From: Octopus vulgaris
Lineage: Eukaryota
Length of the DNA stretch: 64,000 nt
Direction of reading: 5' to 3'
Assembly: GCA_951406725.2 (NCBI GenBank)
Contig: OX597817.1
Coordinates: forward strand, 165,540,001 to 165,604,000
In this document: piece after piece, positions 52,603 to 64,000 of the stretch
Position numbering within the stretch: position 1 is the stretch's first letter
Layout: the number at the start of each line of letters is the position of its first letter
Made by a program: the position numbers and the translations under genes
Notes under the pieces: generated by a model
What the model was told of the DNA's origin: nothing
Database searches by the model: none
The model's input: only the letters and a program-made list of their open reading frames with translations

Positions 52603-53163
52603 TGTATGTATCTATATTCATGTGGATGTACATGTGTAGGATAATGCGTATCTGTTCAGTACGCACATAAACTGAGAGAGTGCTTGCATAGTTTTTTAAT
52701 AATATGCTATAAATGCATTAAAACAGATATAAGGTTACATCGTTGCAGTCACGGATACTTGAACGTGTCATTAAGAACAAATATAATGGAGGCTCCAAAT
52801 GATGTCTACAACGCTTCATCTTATTTCTATCGCTTTCAATTTTGACATCCCAGCAGTAAACACCAGCACATAGATATGAACACAAGATAAGGACTTATTA
52901 CTGGCTACAAATAATAGTGTGTAAAGATGTTGAGCGTCTTCATAGGTTTTTGTCGCCTCGTTGTTTTTATGACTGGCGGCATAACGAGTGATTATTATAG
53001 AATAGAATAAAATGGATGCTGTGGTGCCTGGAGGTGTAATAAGCAAATAAATTGTAATTGCATGATTTGTGATATTTTAGTTATTAACTGGTTTGTGTCA
53101 TTGGGCAGCAGCCATGTTGGAGCATTGCATCGAACGATTTAGCCGAAACAAATTGACCTTAAT

Positions 53164-53586
53164 ACTCTTTTACTCTTTTACACTTTTACGCTTTTACTTG
53201 TTTCAGTCACTTGACTGTGGCCATACTGGAGCAAGTCGACCCCCAGGACTTATTCTTTGTAAGCCTAGTACTTATTCTATCGGTCTCTTTTGCCGAACCG
53301 CTAAGTGACGGGGACGTAAATACACCAGCATCGGTTGTCAAGCGATGTTGGGAGTGGGGACAAACACACACACACACAGACACAAAAACACACATACATA
53401 CATATATATATATATATATACATATACGACAGGCTTCTTTCAGTTTCCGTCTACCAAATCCACTCACAAGACTTTGGTCGGCCCGAGGCTATAGAAGACA
53501 CTAGCCCAAGGTGCCACGCAGTGGGACTGAACCTGGAACATTGTGGTTGGTAAGCAAACTACTTACCACTCAGCCACTCCTACGGC
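53164..53586 (-). mobile_element. SINE family A
   Basis: Full-length match with small deletions. Confidence 0.9.
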
Positions 53587-53808
53587 TTTTTTTTCTTGTT
53601 AAGTTTGGTACATATACTAGACGTATGTTTTCGACGATCTTCCATTGAGTTTCCGTTCACCAAATTCACTCATTGATCGATCCGAGTTTAGAGTAAAAAA
53701 TATTTGCTCAAGGTGCCGCACTGTGAGACTGAAGCCGAAACTACGTGGTAGCAAAGCAAGCTTCTTAACTACACAATCATGTCTGTGCTAAAAAATTTCT
53801 CCCACGAT

Positions 53809-54380
53809 CCGGACTCCAGTTATGAACTCATTTGCATACAGCCAATCAGAGCTCAACTAGCAAACGAGTGTCCACCTCGTCACGAAAACACTCTCGTTGA
53901 GTTCAGTGGAAAATGTGCGTTAGCAACATCTAACTGTTCTCAACAGGTGTGACAAATGTGAAGTTTTGTGTATGAAGTGAATGTTACCAATTTGCGTAAT
54001 TTACGAGAAAATGTAAATAAGTGTAGTTTCCTAATTTTTTGACTGATCTTTTTACATTACTAATTTAAAATGTTGATGTAATCAATATGGCGTTGTGTTG
54101 TATTGCGCTCTCCTTGGTACTTGCAGTATCACTAATCTCAGTCTGAGCATAGGTATCCAATGTTAGCTCCATATAGAGATGGTGCTCATTTGATCTATAA
54201 GGATGATGGGGGTGGATGCGGTGCTTATGTGAAACCTGCTGCGCTGTATTCGCAGAGTGGCATGCACCATTCTATGCCTGACTGGCTGTACTGTAGTAGT
54301 GCACAGTATGTGGATTTTCAAGGTGAGCTCTGATTGGCTGTATGCAAGTGAGTTCATTATTGGGGTCCGGAACTCTAGTG
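53809..54380. mobile_element. Putative MITE with ~50-bp imperfect inverted ends
   Basis: CCGGACTCCAGTTATGAACTCATTTGCATACAGCCAATCAGAGCTCA is mirrored at 54321-54370. Confidence 0.65.
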
Positions 54381-54534
54381 GCGAAAAAAAAATTTGCGTC
54401 CCGATGCCGAAGCCCAGTATTAAAGTCGGAACCTTTAGATCTTTATTCTAACGTTTTCTCTATTGAGATATTTCGGGAACATCCATTATCTAATTTCTTT
54501 TATCGCTTTGTTGTTTTTGTTGTTGTAGTTATGG

Positions 54535-54590
<56 letters not shown>

Positions 54591-54674
54591 GATTCTTTTA
54601 TTACAGTCATCGGACTGCGGCCATGCCAGGGTACCGCCTCGAAAGATATCTTTCAAGGTTTCTATTCATTTATT

Positions 54675-55081
54675 GGTTTCTATTGGTTTTGACCGACAGA
54701 TTTAAAAAATAATTTTTGTAACTAAACACTTTCAAACTTCGGACACTGGTAGAATGTGTCATATAAAACATCTTTTACTTTTAGCATTTTGGAGAAAAAC
54801 TTATATTTACGAAGTTATTTCACGTTAAAGTTGTCCTATTTCGGTAATTTCAACCAAAGCTAAAACCAAAGCTAAAACGATGTCATGAATATCAGTGACA
54901 AACTAAAAACACACCACCGATAGTTGTTGTTGACAAACAAAGGCAGTAATGTTAGGGGGAGTAATGTTGACAAATAACGGCAGTAATTTTATTCATCTGA
55001 ATACACGTCATTGATTGGTTTAATTTACCGAAATAGGACAACTTTAACGTGAAATAACTTCGTAAATATAAATTTTTCTCG
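54675..55081. mobile_element. Foldback MITE related to the GGATC family, right end lost at a SINE insertion
   Basis: AAACTTCGGACACTGGTAGAATGTGT motif. Internal inverted arms ~54793-54857 / 55015-55080. Confidence 0.7.
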
Positions 55082-55128
<47 letters not shown>

Positions 55129-55297
55129 GGCGTAGGAGTGGCTGTGTGGTAAGTAGCTTGCTTGTGAACCACATGGTTCCGGGTTCAGTCCCACTGCGTG
55201 GTACCTTGGGCAAGTGTCTTCTACTATAGCCTCGGGCAGACCAAAGCCTTGCGAGTGGATTTGGTAGACGGAAACTGAAAGAAGCCCATCGTATATA

Positions 55298-55354
<57 letters not shown>

Positions 55355-55545
55355 ATGTTTGTGTGTCTGTGTTTGTCCCCCCCAACATCGCTTGACAACC
55401 GATGCTGGTGTGTTTACGTCCCCGTAACCTAGCGGTTCGGCAAAAAGACCGATAGAATAAGTACTGGGGTCGATTTGCTCGATAAAGGCGGTGCTCCAGC
55501 ATGGCCGCAGTCAAATGATTGAAACAAGTAAAAGAGTAAAAGAGT
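55129..55545 (+). mobile_element. SINE family A
   Basis: Full-length match. Confidence 0.92.
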
Positions 55546-56187
55546 ATATATATAAAGCTGAAGTTGTCTTCAGTGTATGGCAGGTTTGGTAGCCATCAAC
55601 TAACACTATCTCCTCCGAGGCCCTGCGGCGTAAGTTGACCAAAATTGAGAGTCGAAACAAACCCGAGCAACGCCGGGCGATACTGCAAGTATATATATAT
55701 ACATGTATGTGTGTGTATGTATGTATGTATGTATATGCTTTACTCAAACAGTGTGACTTGATATGAGATCGTCTACTGAAAGTAAAACAATTGCCACGTG
55801 GTCGAGTCGTGTCAGCTATTTAAGACATAACATAAATCGTTATATTTTCATACATTTTCGTGATAACTGCATATATCATTAAGTATCAAAATTTTTCGAC
55901 GTCAATCTTAATGTTCTATTCTATTATTTAAAAAAAAAAAAAGATTACAAAATATAATAGTACATATGTGTTTTGAATTAGTAATACGACTCTACTACTG
56001 TGAGATCACACACAGATATAACACAAACGCTCACACACATATACACACGCATATATGTATATGCATGGTTATATATACATTTATGTAAAAATATATGTAT
56101 GTGTATGTATAAATGTATACTTGCATATATATATATATAAATAAGTATATATGTGTGTGTGTGTTTAAATATGTGTGTGGTTTTATT

Positions 56188-56219
<32 letters not shown>

Positions 56220-56367
56220 TATATATAAATATATATATATATGTATATGTATGTATGTATGCATATACACATATATATAAATGTATATGCATATACATAC
56301 GTATGTGCACAACTAGTATGCACACACACACACACACAGACACATATGTGTGTGTGTGTATGTATAC

Positions 56368-56436
<69 letters not shown>

Positions 56437-56536
56437 ATATATATATACATATAAATTTATATATATTTTGCATATATTTTTTTAATACATACAATCATAT
56501 ATCATACATGTTTAGCGCACACATATAGAAGCACAT

Positions 56537-56626
<90 letters not shown>

Positions 56627-56627
56627 A

Positions 56628-56840
56628 CTGAACAGTTGGAGCATTTTCAACAGTAATGTTGCGTATCTCTCGGAGAGAGAGACTATGTGAGAGACGTTGA
56701 GTGTTGTTTATGGTGAATGTTGTAAACACAGGACTATTGCGACGTAGCAGAATGAATTTGTGAGGCCGTATGTAATATATCGAAGATGAAAGATGGCCGA
56801 GGCGTCTACTCTATGGAGAACTAAATTCTAAGCAAAGAAT
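56628..56840 (+). pseudogene. RTE-like LINE ORF C-terminal relic
   Basis: EQLEHFQQ*C and GRM*YIEDERWPRRLLYGEL resemble RTE LExFHQRC and GHVxRMxDxRxPKxxLYGEL. Confidence 0.65.
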
Positions 56841-56855
56841 GCTTCTCTAGCTAAA

Positions 56856-57277
56856 TCTCTCTCTATATAAAGCTGAAGTTGTCTGTGTATGGCAGGTTTG
56901 GTAGCCTTCAACTAACACTTTCTCCTCCGAGACCCTGCGGAGCAAGTTCACCAAAATTGAGAGTATGATAGAAGAAGGCTTGCTCTTCTGCGGAAGAAAG
57001 AGCAAGGCTTGCTCTTTCTTCCGCAGAAGAGAAAATTCAAATCAGACCATGTAAACACCAAAAATTATTTACATCAAAAAGGTGCTTTTTTTCTACGAAA
57101 ATCTCTATTTTTTATGATTTTTTTGACTGCTGTGTCGCCATTTTTCGGTATATTTCAACCAGAAAAATGCTCACTTAAAGAGAATAACAAGCTACATAAT
57201 GCAAAAGTTTTAATTTTCAAAAATTTCAATTCTAAAGGGTCGAAACGAACCCGAGCAACGCCGGGCGATACTGCTAG
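56856..57277 (+). mobile_element. Non-autonomous Helitron-like element (internally deleted copy at ~55545-55689)
   Basis: A|TCTCT..TATATAAAG start, CCCGAGCAACGCCGGG hairpin, CTAG|T end. Confidence 0.8.
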
Positions 57278-57307
57278 TTTAAGATAAAAGAATTGCTTTA
57301 TATCTGA

Positions 57308-57831
57308 CTAGCAGTATCGCCCCGCGTTGCTCGGGTTTGTAAGGGAAATAACTATATAAGCATTTTTAGCGAGTTATAGCAAAAAAATAGCAAAAAATGC
57401 ATTAAAAATGGAATAAAAAGTGATGGTAATTTTGGTGTCTTCAAGCCATGAAGTCGTTGTTCTAAAAGAACGCTGGTCTCCTTGACAATGCTTTACGACG
57501 TTGATTTCCTTACACTCCCTTCCCCACAGCTTCACGAGGGAGGGAAGAAGGGGGAGAAGCAACACAGGTGCAGGTGTTACCATGGACGCCAACTCCGCCG
57601 CCATCGACACATGAAAAAATATGCATTAAAATGGAATAAAAAATGATGTTAAATTATTTTAAAAATCGTAGACTCATCGTAGACGCGCGCTAATACCCAG
57701 ACGGGCTCGATATGAATCACGACTATAAGATACCCGAATTTGGTTAAACTGCACCGCAAATTGTGGGAGTAGTTAGGAATCTAAATCGTAGGAGACAGAC
57801 ACTCACACAACTACAGTTTTATATATAGAGA
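57308..57831 (-). mobile_element. Non-autonomous Helitron-like element, tail-to-tail with the previous one
   Basis: Same 3' hairpin+CTAG (reverse complement at 57308-57336), different body, 5' TCTCTATATATAAAA. Confidence 0.78.
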
Positions 57832-58821
57832 TATGTAATAAAATATTCAGGTAGAATTCAGGTAGAATTATCGATAAAACAATGAGCAGTTGATTGAAAA
57901 GCATGGCGAACAATATGGGTGATATGTTCAAATGGCTCTGTGGTTAATAACTCAATTTGCAAATAAATAGATTGGTAGATAGGTTAGATTTGTTGACAGA
58001 TAGGTATCAAGAGGTAGGGAAAGACGGATAGGATTATTAATAAAAAGGATAATAAAATAGTGTCACCTGTCACGATTTCCGAACGGTGAGCGTGTGTGGG
58101 CTCCGTTTGTGAGGCACATCGTTCTATAGTTCGTCTCTTTGACGGAGTTGTGGTCCTGGGTGGAAAAAAAAGACCGGGACTGGGCGCTTAGCATCTAGAG
58201 TGTCGACTGGCGCTCGCCGCCGTCTACCAGTCAGACAATGGGGTTAAGTGCATGTGCCGCTTTAGCAATATATAGAGGACGAGCGAAACGCCCTCCGTCC
58301 AATGGACGGTGCTGAGTTGTCAAACATTTAAACCAAATTTTCTCAAAACAATTTGTCCGACCGATCCTTTGAGAAACACTGATTTAACCTAAATTTGAAA
58401 CACCAGCAAAAGAAGAAATCAAGATAGACTTTTTTTATTCCAAAGAAAAATGATTTTATTCACACAGATATGCAACCGAAGAGTTTAAACTACCAGTAAT
58501 AATAAGGCTGTTGACTGGGAGAACACAAACATGGTTTAAACAGTAAGCTTGGTAGCAAAGAAACGTGCCTTTAAGCAGTACAAAAACAACAAAAAATGGA
58601 AGGTGCAGTTATGTACAGGTTGACGGCAGAAAGGCAGGACAAAAACGGCTTTATCGATCGCATTCTCACCTGGAATCGACATTCGTAATTTTTTCAAGAC
58701 TTATACATGCCCTGATACCGTCGGTATCTACATATCAAATTTGAGCGCAATCAGATGGAGGATGCCCGAGATCCTAGAAGACACACACACAGACAGACAG
58801 AACGGATTTTATATAAGAAAT

Positions 58822-59415
58822 TAGTGCCGACGAAGTGCAACGACGTTAACGGGGAGATTCTGGGCGTCAAGCTAGTCTGCTCAGGAGGACTTTCTGGTCG
58901 GGGACTACCATGCATAATTTCCAAATATCCTTGGCTTGGCAATGCTACCGAGGGACGTTACCGGTTCGATATAAACTTGGATGTGCTATCAGATGGGCTT
59001 GTTCAAGGTACCGGCAGATCGACGAAACCGCACTGCACGCACTTGTACAGCATCCGGGCATTGCTGAATTTTGTAGTTATTTCGCAAAGTAGTTGCCGTG
59101 TGTGGGACGGATACATCTGTCGGCCGAGTCCATGGTGATGATTTTCCGGCTGCATTTCTTTAATCGGGCAGATAGTGAATTTTCCTTTACCTGGTGGTTG
59201 TAGTGAAAGAGGTTGCCTGGTGGACAATGTTGAAAGGCATAAGGACAGAGAATTCCTCTTTGGTAGAGTTCTCATCGACTTTTTCAAATTTGACCTGTAC
59301 AGAAAAGTGAGGATGGAGAGAGAGGTACAGTTCTGGAGGGAATTTAATGAATGGTTAAGTGAAAGTTGCGAAACTAGCAAGAGTGGATGATAGCGCTCTA
59401 AGTGTAGACCTGTCA
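58822..59415 (+). pseudogene. Tx1/L1-like LINE ORF2 C-terminal fragment (zf-RVT region), degenerate
   Basis: SLAWQCYRGTLPVRYKL..ACSRYRQIDETALHALVQHP matches the W..LP..L / CxxC..ETxxH..CP zinc-knuckle pattern, with frameshifted continuation to ~59410. Confidence 0.75.
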
Positions 59416-61110
59416 GATGAGAACGGGAATTTGAGAGTGCTTTTGCCCTTGGTGTTCATAGAAATATCTATTTCTTTATTGCTCACAGGGTGGGGGGCTA
59501 AACATAGAGGACAAACAAGGAAAAACAAAGGGATTAAGTCGATTATATCGACCCCAGTGCGTAATTAGTACTTATTTAATCGACCCCGAAAGGATGAAAG
59601 GCAAAGTCGACCTCGGCGGATTTTGAACTCAGAACGTAACGGCAGACGAAATACTTATTTCTTTACTACCCACAAGGGGCTAAACACAGAGGGGACAAAT
59701 AAGGATAGACAAACGGATTAAGTCGATTACATCGATCCCAGTGCGTAACTGGTACTTAATTTATCAACCCCGAAAGGATGAAAGGCAAAGTCGACCTCGG
59801 CGGAATTCGAACTCAGAACGTAACGGCAGACGAAATACCGCTAAGCGTTTCGCCCGGCGTGCTAACGTTTCTGCCAACTCACCGCCTAGAAATATTGTAC
59901 TGTGGAGTTCCTCGATTACCCCTAGAGGTCTTGTATCAGGAGGACCACATCACCATTAAACTCAGAATATAGATCCAGAACAATACCGCTAGGTATTTTT
60001 TCCCACGCTCTAACGATTTTGCTCATCCACTACCCTTAAAAATGGCACAAAGCTTGTAATTATAATTATAGTGGTTAAGTCTAAACTGTGAAGGTGCGTA
60101 GCTTAATTGTTAGGGAATTCGACTCACGATCGTAATGTCGTAAGTTCGATTCCCGGTGATGCATTGTGTCCTTTAGCAAGATACTTTATTTCACGTTGCT
60201 CCAGTCCACTCAACTGGCAAAAATGAATTGTACCTGTTATTCAAAACGTTAGCCTTGTCATACACTGTGTCATACTGAATATCCCTGAGAACTACGTTAA
60301 GGGTACGATCGTATGTGGAGCTCTCAGTCACTTGCACGTTACTTTCACGAGCAGGCTGTTCCGTTGATCAAGAGTGGCTATGTGGTGAAGAAGCTCGGTT
60401 TGCAATCACCTTGTTTCGAGTTCAGTCCCATTGCGCGGCACTTGGGACTAGTGCATTCCATTGTAGCCTTGGGTCACCCGGTGCCTCGTAAATGAATTTG
60501 GTAGGCAGAAACTGTGTGGAACCCCGTCGAATGTGTGTAGAAGCCCGTGTGTGTGCGTGTGTGTGTGGTTGTATGTGTGAGTGTGTGTGTGTGTGTGTGG
60601 GGGGGGGCTGTGAATGTTTGTCCCCATCACAACTTTACAACCGAAGTTGGTTTGTTTGCGTTCTCGTAACTTAGCCGATAGAATACATACCAGACTTTAA
60701 AAAAAATAAGACTTTAAAAAGAAATGGCGTCGATTTGTTCTACTAGATCTTTCAAAGCCACTACTCCAGCATCGCCACAGCCCAATGACTGAAACAAATA
60801 AAAGATAAAAGATTGGCAAGATTTGAACTCAGAATTAAAAGACAGGCGTAAGTGCCATCAGTAAATTTATCCAGCGGTTTATCGCTTTCAAAAGCCATCT
60901 CCATAGTGAGTAATTTCATCACTCAGTCATCACTGCGCTGGCCTGCATCGGTTCCTAAATTCATGTCTGTGCACATTGGTGTGTTTGGATTGCAGTCATT
61001 CCTACCTTTATATTTGTGCGAACTGGCGTGTGTGTGTGTGTGTGTGTGTGTGTGTATTTGTGTGTATTTGTGTGTGTATGTGTATTTGTGTGTGTGTGTG
61101 TGCATATATC

Positions 61111-61145
<35 letters not shown>

Positions 61146-61453
61146 CATTGCCACTTGCAAAGTAACACATGTACACATGATATTTAAGAGAAACATAGAG
61201 AAAGACGGAAAGGGAGAGGGAGAGAGATAGGGAAAGAAAGAGAGAAAGAGAGAGCGTTTTCCGTTACGTAGTCGATGTCTATATTTTTCTTATTTACTAA
61301 GATTACCAGTAAGTATTTCAATGGCCTAGAGTTTCGCGCCACTTCGAAGGAAACTGCAGGCCTTTGGAACATCAAATGCAGAGATTGAAAGTCACCACAA
61401 TGGTGAAACGTGTACAGAAAGGAACAAATTATTTAAACGTGTGTTTTACATAG

Positions 61454-61500
<47 letters not shown>

Positions 61501-61519
61501 CATATATATATATTTAAAT

Positions 61520-61705
61520 TCTTTTATTCTTTTACTTGTTTCAGTCATTTAACTGCGGCCATGCTGGAGCACCACCTTTAGTTGAACAAATCGACCCCAG
61601 GACTTATTCTGTCGGTGTCTTTTGCTGAACCCCTAGGTTACAAGGACGTGAACACACCAACGTCGCTTGTCAAGCGATGGTGGGAAGACAAACACAGACA
61701 CACAA

Positions 61706-61774
<69 letters not shown>

Positions 61775-61945
61775 CATATATACACACGACGAGCTTCTTT
61801 CAGTTTCCGTCTACCAAATCCACTCACAAGGCGTTGGTCGGCCCGAGGCTATCGCAGAAGCCACTTGCCTAAAGTGTCACGCAGTGGGATTGAACCCGGA
61901 ACCATGTCGTTGGGAAGCAAGCTTCTTACCACACAGCCACCCCTA
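61520..61945 (-). mobile_element. SINE family A
   Basis: Near full-length match. Confidence 0.88.
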
Positions 61946-62554
61946 TATATATATGACCGGATATAGGTTTAATATTTGTTTTTATGTTCAGTTATGACTG
62001 CAACTCCTTTAGTTACGATGACGTGGGTTCCAGTTGATGCGACTAAGGGAACGGCCCACTCGTGAAATTAACGTGTAAGTGGCTGGGCACTTCATGGACA
62101 TGTGTACCCTTAAGGTAGTTCTCAGGGAGATTCAGTGTGACAGAAATTGTGATATGGCTGGCCGCTTTGAAATACAAGTATAATTCATTTTTGCCAGCTC
62201 ACTGGACCGGAACAACATGAAATAAAGTTTCTTGCTGAAGGACACCACGCAAGGCCGGGAATCGAACTCATGACCCTGCGATCGTGAGCTGATTACTTCA
62301 ACCACTAGGCCACGCGCCTTCACATACAGTAAAACAATTTTACATTAATCTGATGAGTTGCTCTATACTTTTCTATTATTCCTGAGCTGGAATGTTGTTG
62401 ATAGTGACTTCGAAGGCCGATGATGGCTTAGCTAACAAAACTTGGAAGTCAGTCGTCCATGATCTTGTTTAAGAAGATATATGTGTGTGTATATGTGTGT
62501 GTTTGTATGTATGTCTATGTATGTTACATACAATGTGTGTGTATGTTTGTGCTT

Positions 62555-62653
62555 TGCGTGACACCTTGAGCATGTGTCTCCTACTATAGCCTCGGGCCGA
62601 CCAAAGCCTTGTGAGTGGATTTGGTAGACGGAAACTGAAAGAATCCCGTCGTA

Positions 62654-62700
<47 letters not shown>

Positions 62701-62925
62701 ATATGTTTGTGTGTCTGTGTTTGTTCCCTCCAACATCGCTTGACAACCGATGCTGGTGTGTTTACGTCCCCATAACTTAGCGGTTTGGCAAAAGTATCCG
62801 ATAGAATAAATACTAGGTTTACAAAAAAGAAGTTCTGGGGTCGATTTGTTCGACTAAAAAGCGGTGCTCCAGTATGGCTACAGTGAAATGACTGAAACAA
62901 GTAAAAAAGTAAAGTGTAAAGAGTA
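62555..62925 (+). mobile_element. SINE family A, 5'-truncated
   Basis: Body and tail match. Confidence 0.88.
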
Positions 62926-63284
62926 TGTGTGTATGTGATTATAGAATGTGTGCGTACGTATTTATGTATATTGAGAACCATTGCTTCGAACCTGTTCGCG
63001 AAGACCATATCATTATCTTTTTATGTATACGTGCAAAACGTATACCGAATATGACATAAACCGCCCCTCAACACTTGATTTATATTATTTCTACGAATGA
63101 TGACATTGTATATGCATATAAAAAATCGTTTAAACCGAAATCTGTTAAATCGATTCAGTTAACCTCTTGACACAATCGTCTGCTTGCGCAAATGAGAAAC
63201 GCAGAAGACAGACGAGAATGGGAGATGAAAATATAATCTACCTCCCAAGTTTCCATACACTTAGCACTGGCAGTGGTAGAAGTA

Positions 63285-63297
63285 ACAGTAGTAGCAT

Positions 63298-63343
<46 letters not shown>

Positions 63344-63594
63344 TTTAGTGGTAGTGGAAGCAGCGGCAGCAGTAGTAATTATAATCGTGGTAGAATCTGT
63401 TGTTGGCATTATTATTATTATTATTATCATCATCATCATCATCATTATTATTATTATCGTTATTATTGTTATTATTATTATCATTATCATTATTACTTTT
63501 ATTATTATTATTATTATTACTATTATTATTATTATTATCGTCCTCGTCATCATCATCATCATCCTTCTTCTTCTTCTTCTTCTTCTTCTTCTTC

Positions 63595-63641
<47 letters not shown>

Positions 63642-63800
63642 CGTTATTATTATTATTATTATTATTATCATTATTATTATCGCCCCTGTCATCATCATCA
63701 TCATCCTTCTTCTTCTTCTTCTTCTTCTTCTTCTTCTTCTCATTATTACTATTATTATTATTATTATTATTATTATTATCATTATTATTATTATTATTAT
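63285..63800. repeat. Compound (TAG)n/(ATT)n/(CAT)n/(TTC)n microsatellite
   Basis: Direct reading. Confidence 0.95.
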
Positions 63801-64000
63801 GGCCTCGTGCCGGTGGCACGTAAAATGCACCGTCCGTTCGTGGCCGTTGCCTGCGCAGCCCCGACTGACCTCGTGCGGGTGGCACGTACAAAGCACCATC
63901 CTTTCGTGGCCGTTGCCAGCCTCGCCTGGCCCCCGTGCCGGTGGCAGGTAAAAAGCACCATTCGTTCGTGGCCGTTGCCCGCCTCGCCTGGCCCCCGTGC
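63801..64000 (+). repeat. GC-rich ~62-bp tandem repeat (3+ units, runs off window)
   Basis: CGTGC(C/G)GGTGGCA(C/G)GTA..GCACC unit at 63806, 63872 and 63934, with a fourth starting at 63996. Confidence 0.93.

Overview
AT-rich eukaryotic non-genic DNA, most likely from an octopus or other coleoid cephalopod. That assignment is inferred from the microsatellite density, TTAGGG repeats and the tRNA-headed SINE types, not from a search. I could not support any intact host protein-coding gene, and almost all listed ORFs are microsatellite translations. The window is a mosaic of microsatellites, several modular tRNA-derived SINE families, two 5'-truncated CR1/L2-group LINEs, Tx1/L1-like and RTE-like LINE fragments, Tc1/mariner elements and MITEs, GGATC-ended MITEs, Helitron/Helentron-like non-autonomous elements and interstitial telomeric repeats. 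The most notable signals are RNA-structural. (1) A ~590-bp near-perfect palindrome (49481-50073) carries a complete type I hammerhead ribozyme fold in each arm. (2) Further hammerhead-like relics and inverted-repeat insertions in (TA)n tracts share a terminal motif, suggesting a non-coding Penelope/retrozyme-like system. (3) A two-hairpin+GAAAC 3' structure is shared, with compensatory changes, by both LINEs and the commonest SINE. (4) A ~62-bp tandem repeat at the window end can fold into H-type pseudoknots. All folds and alignments were done by eye.
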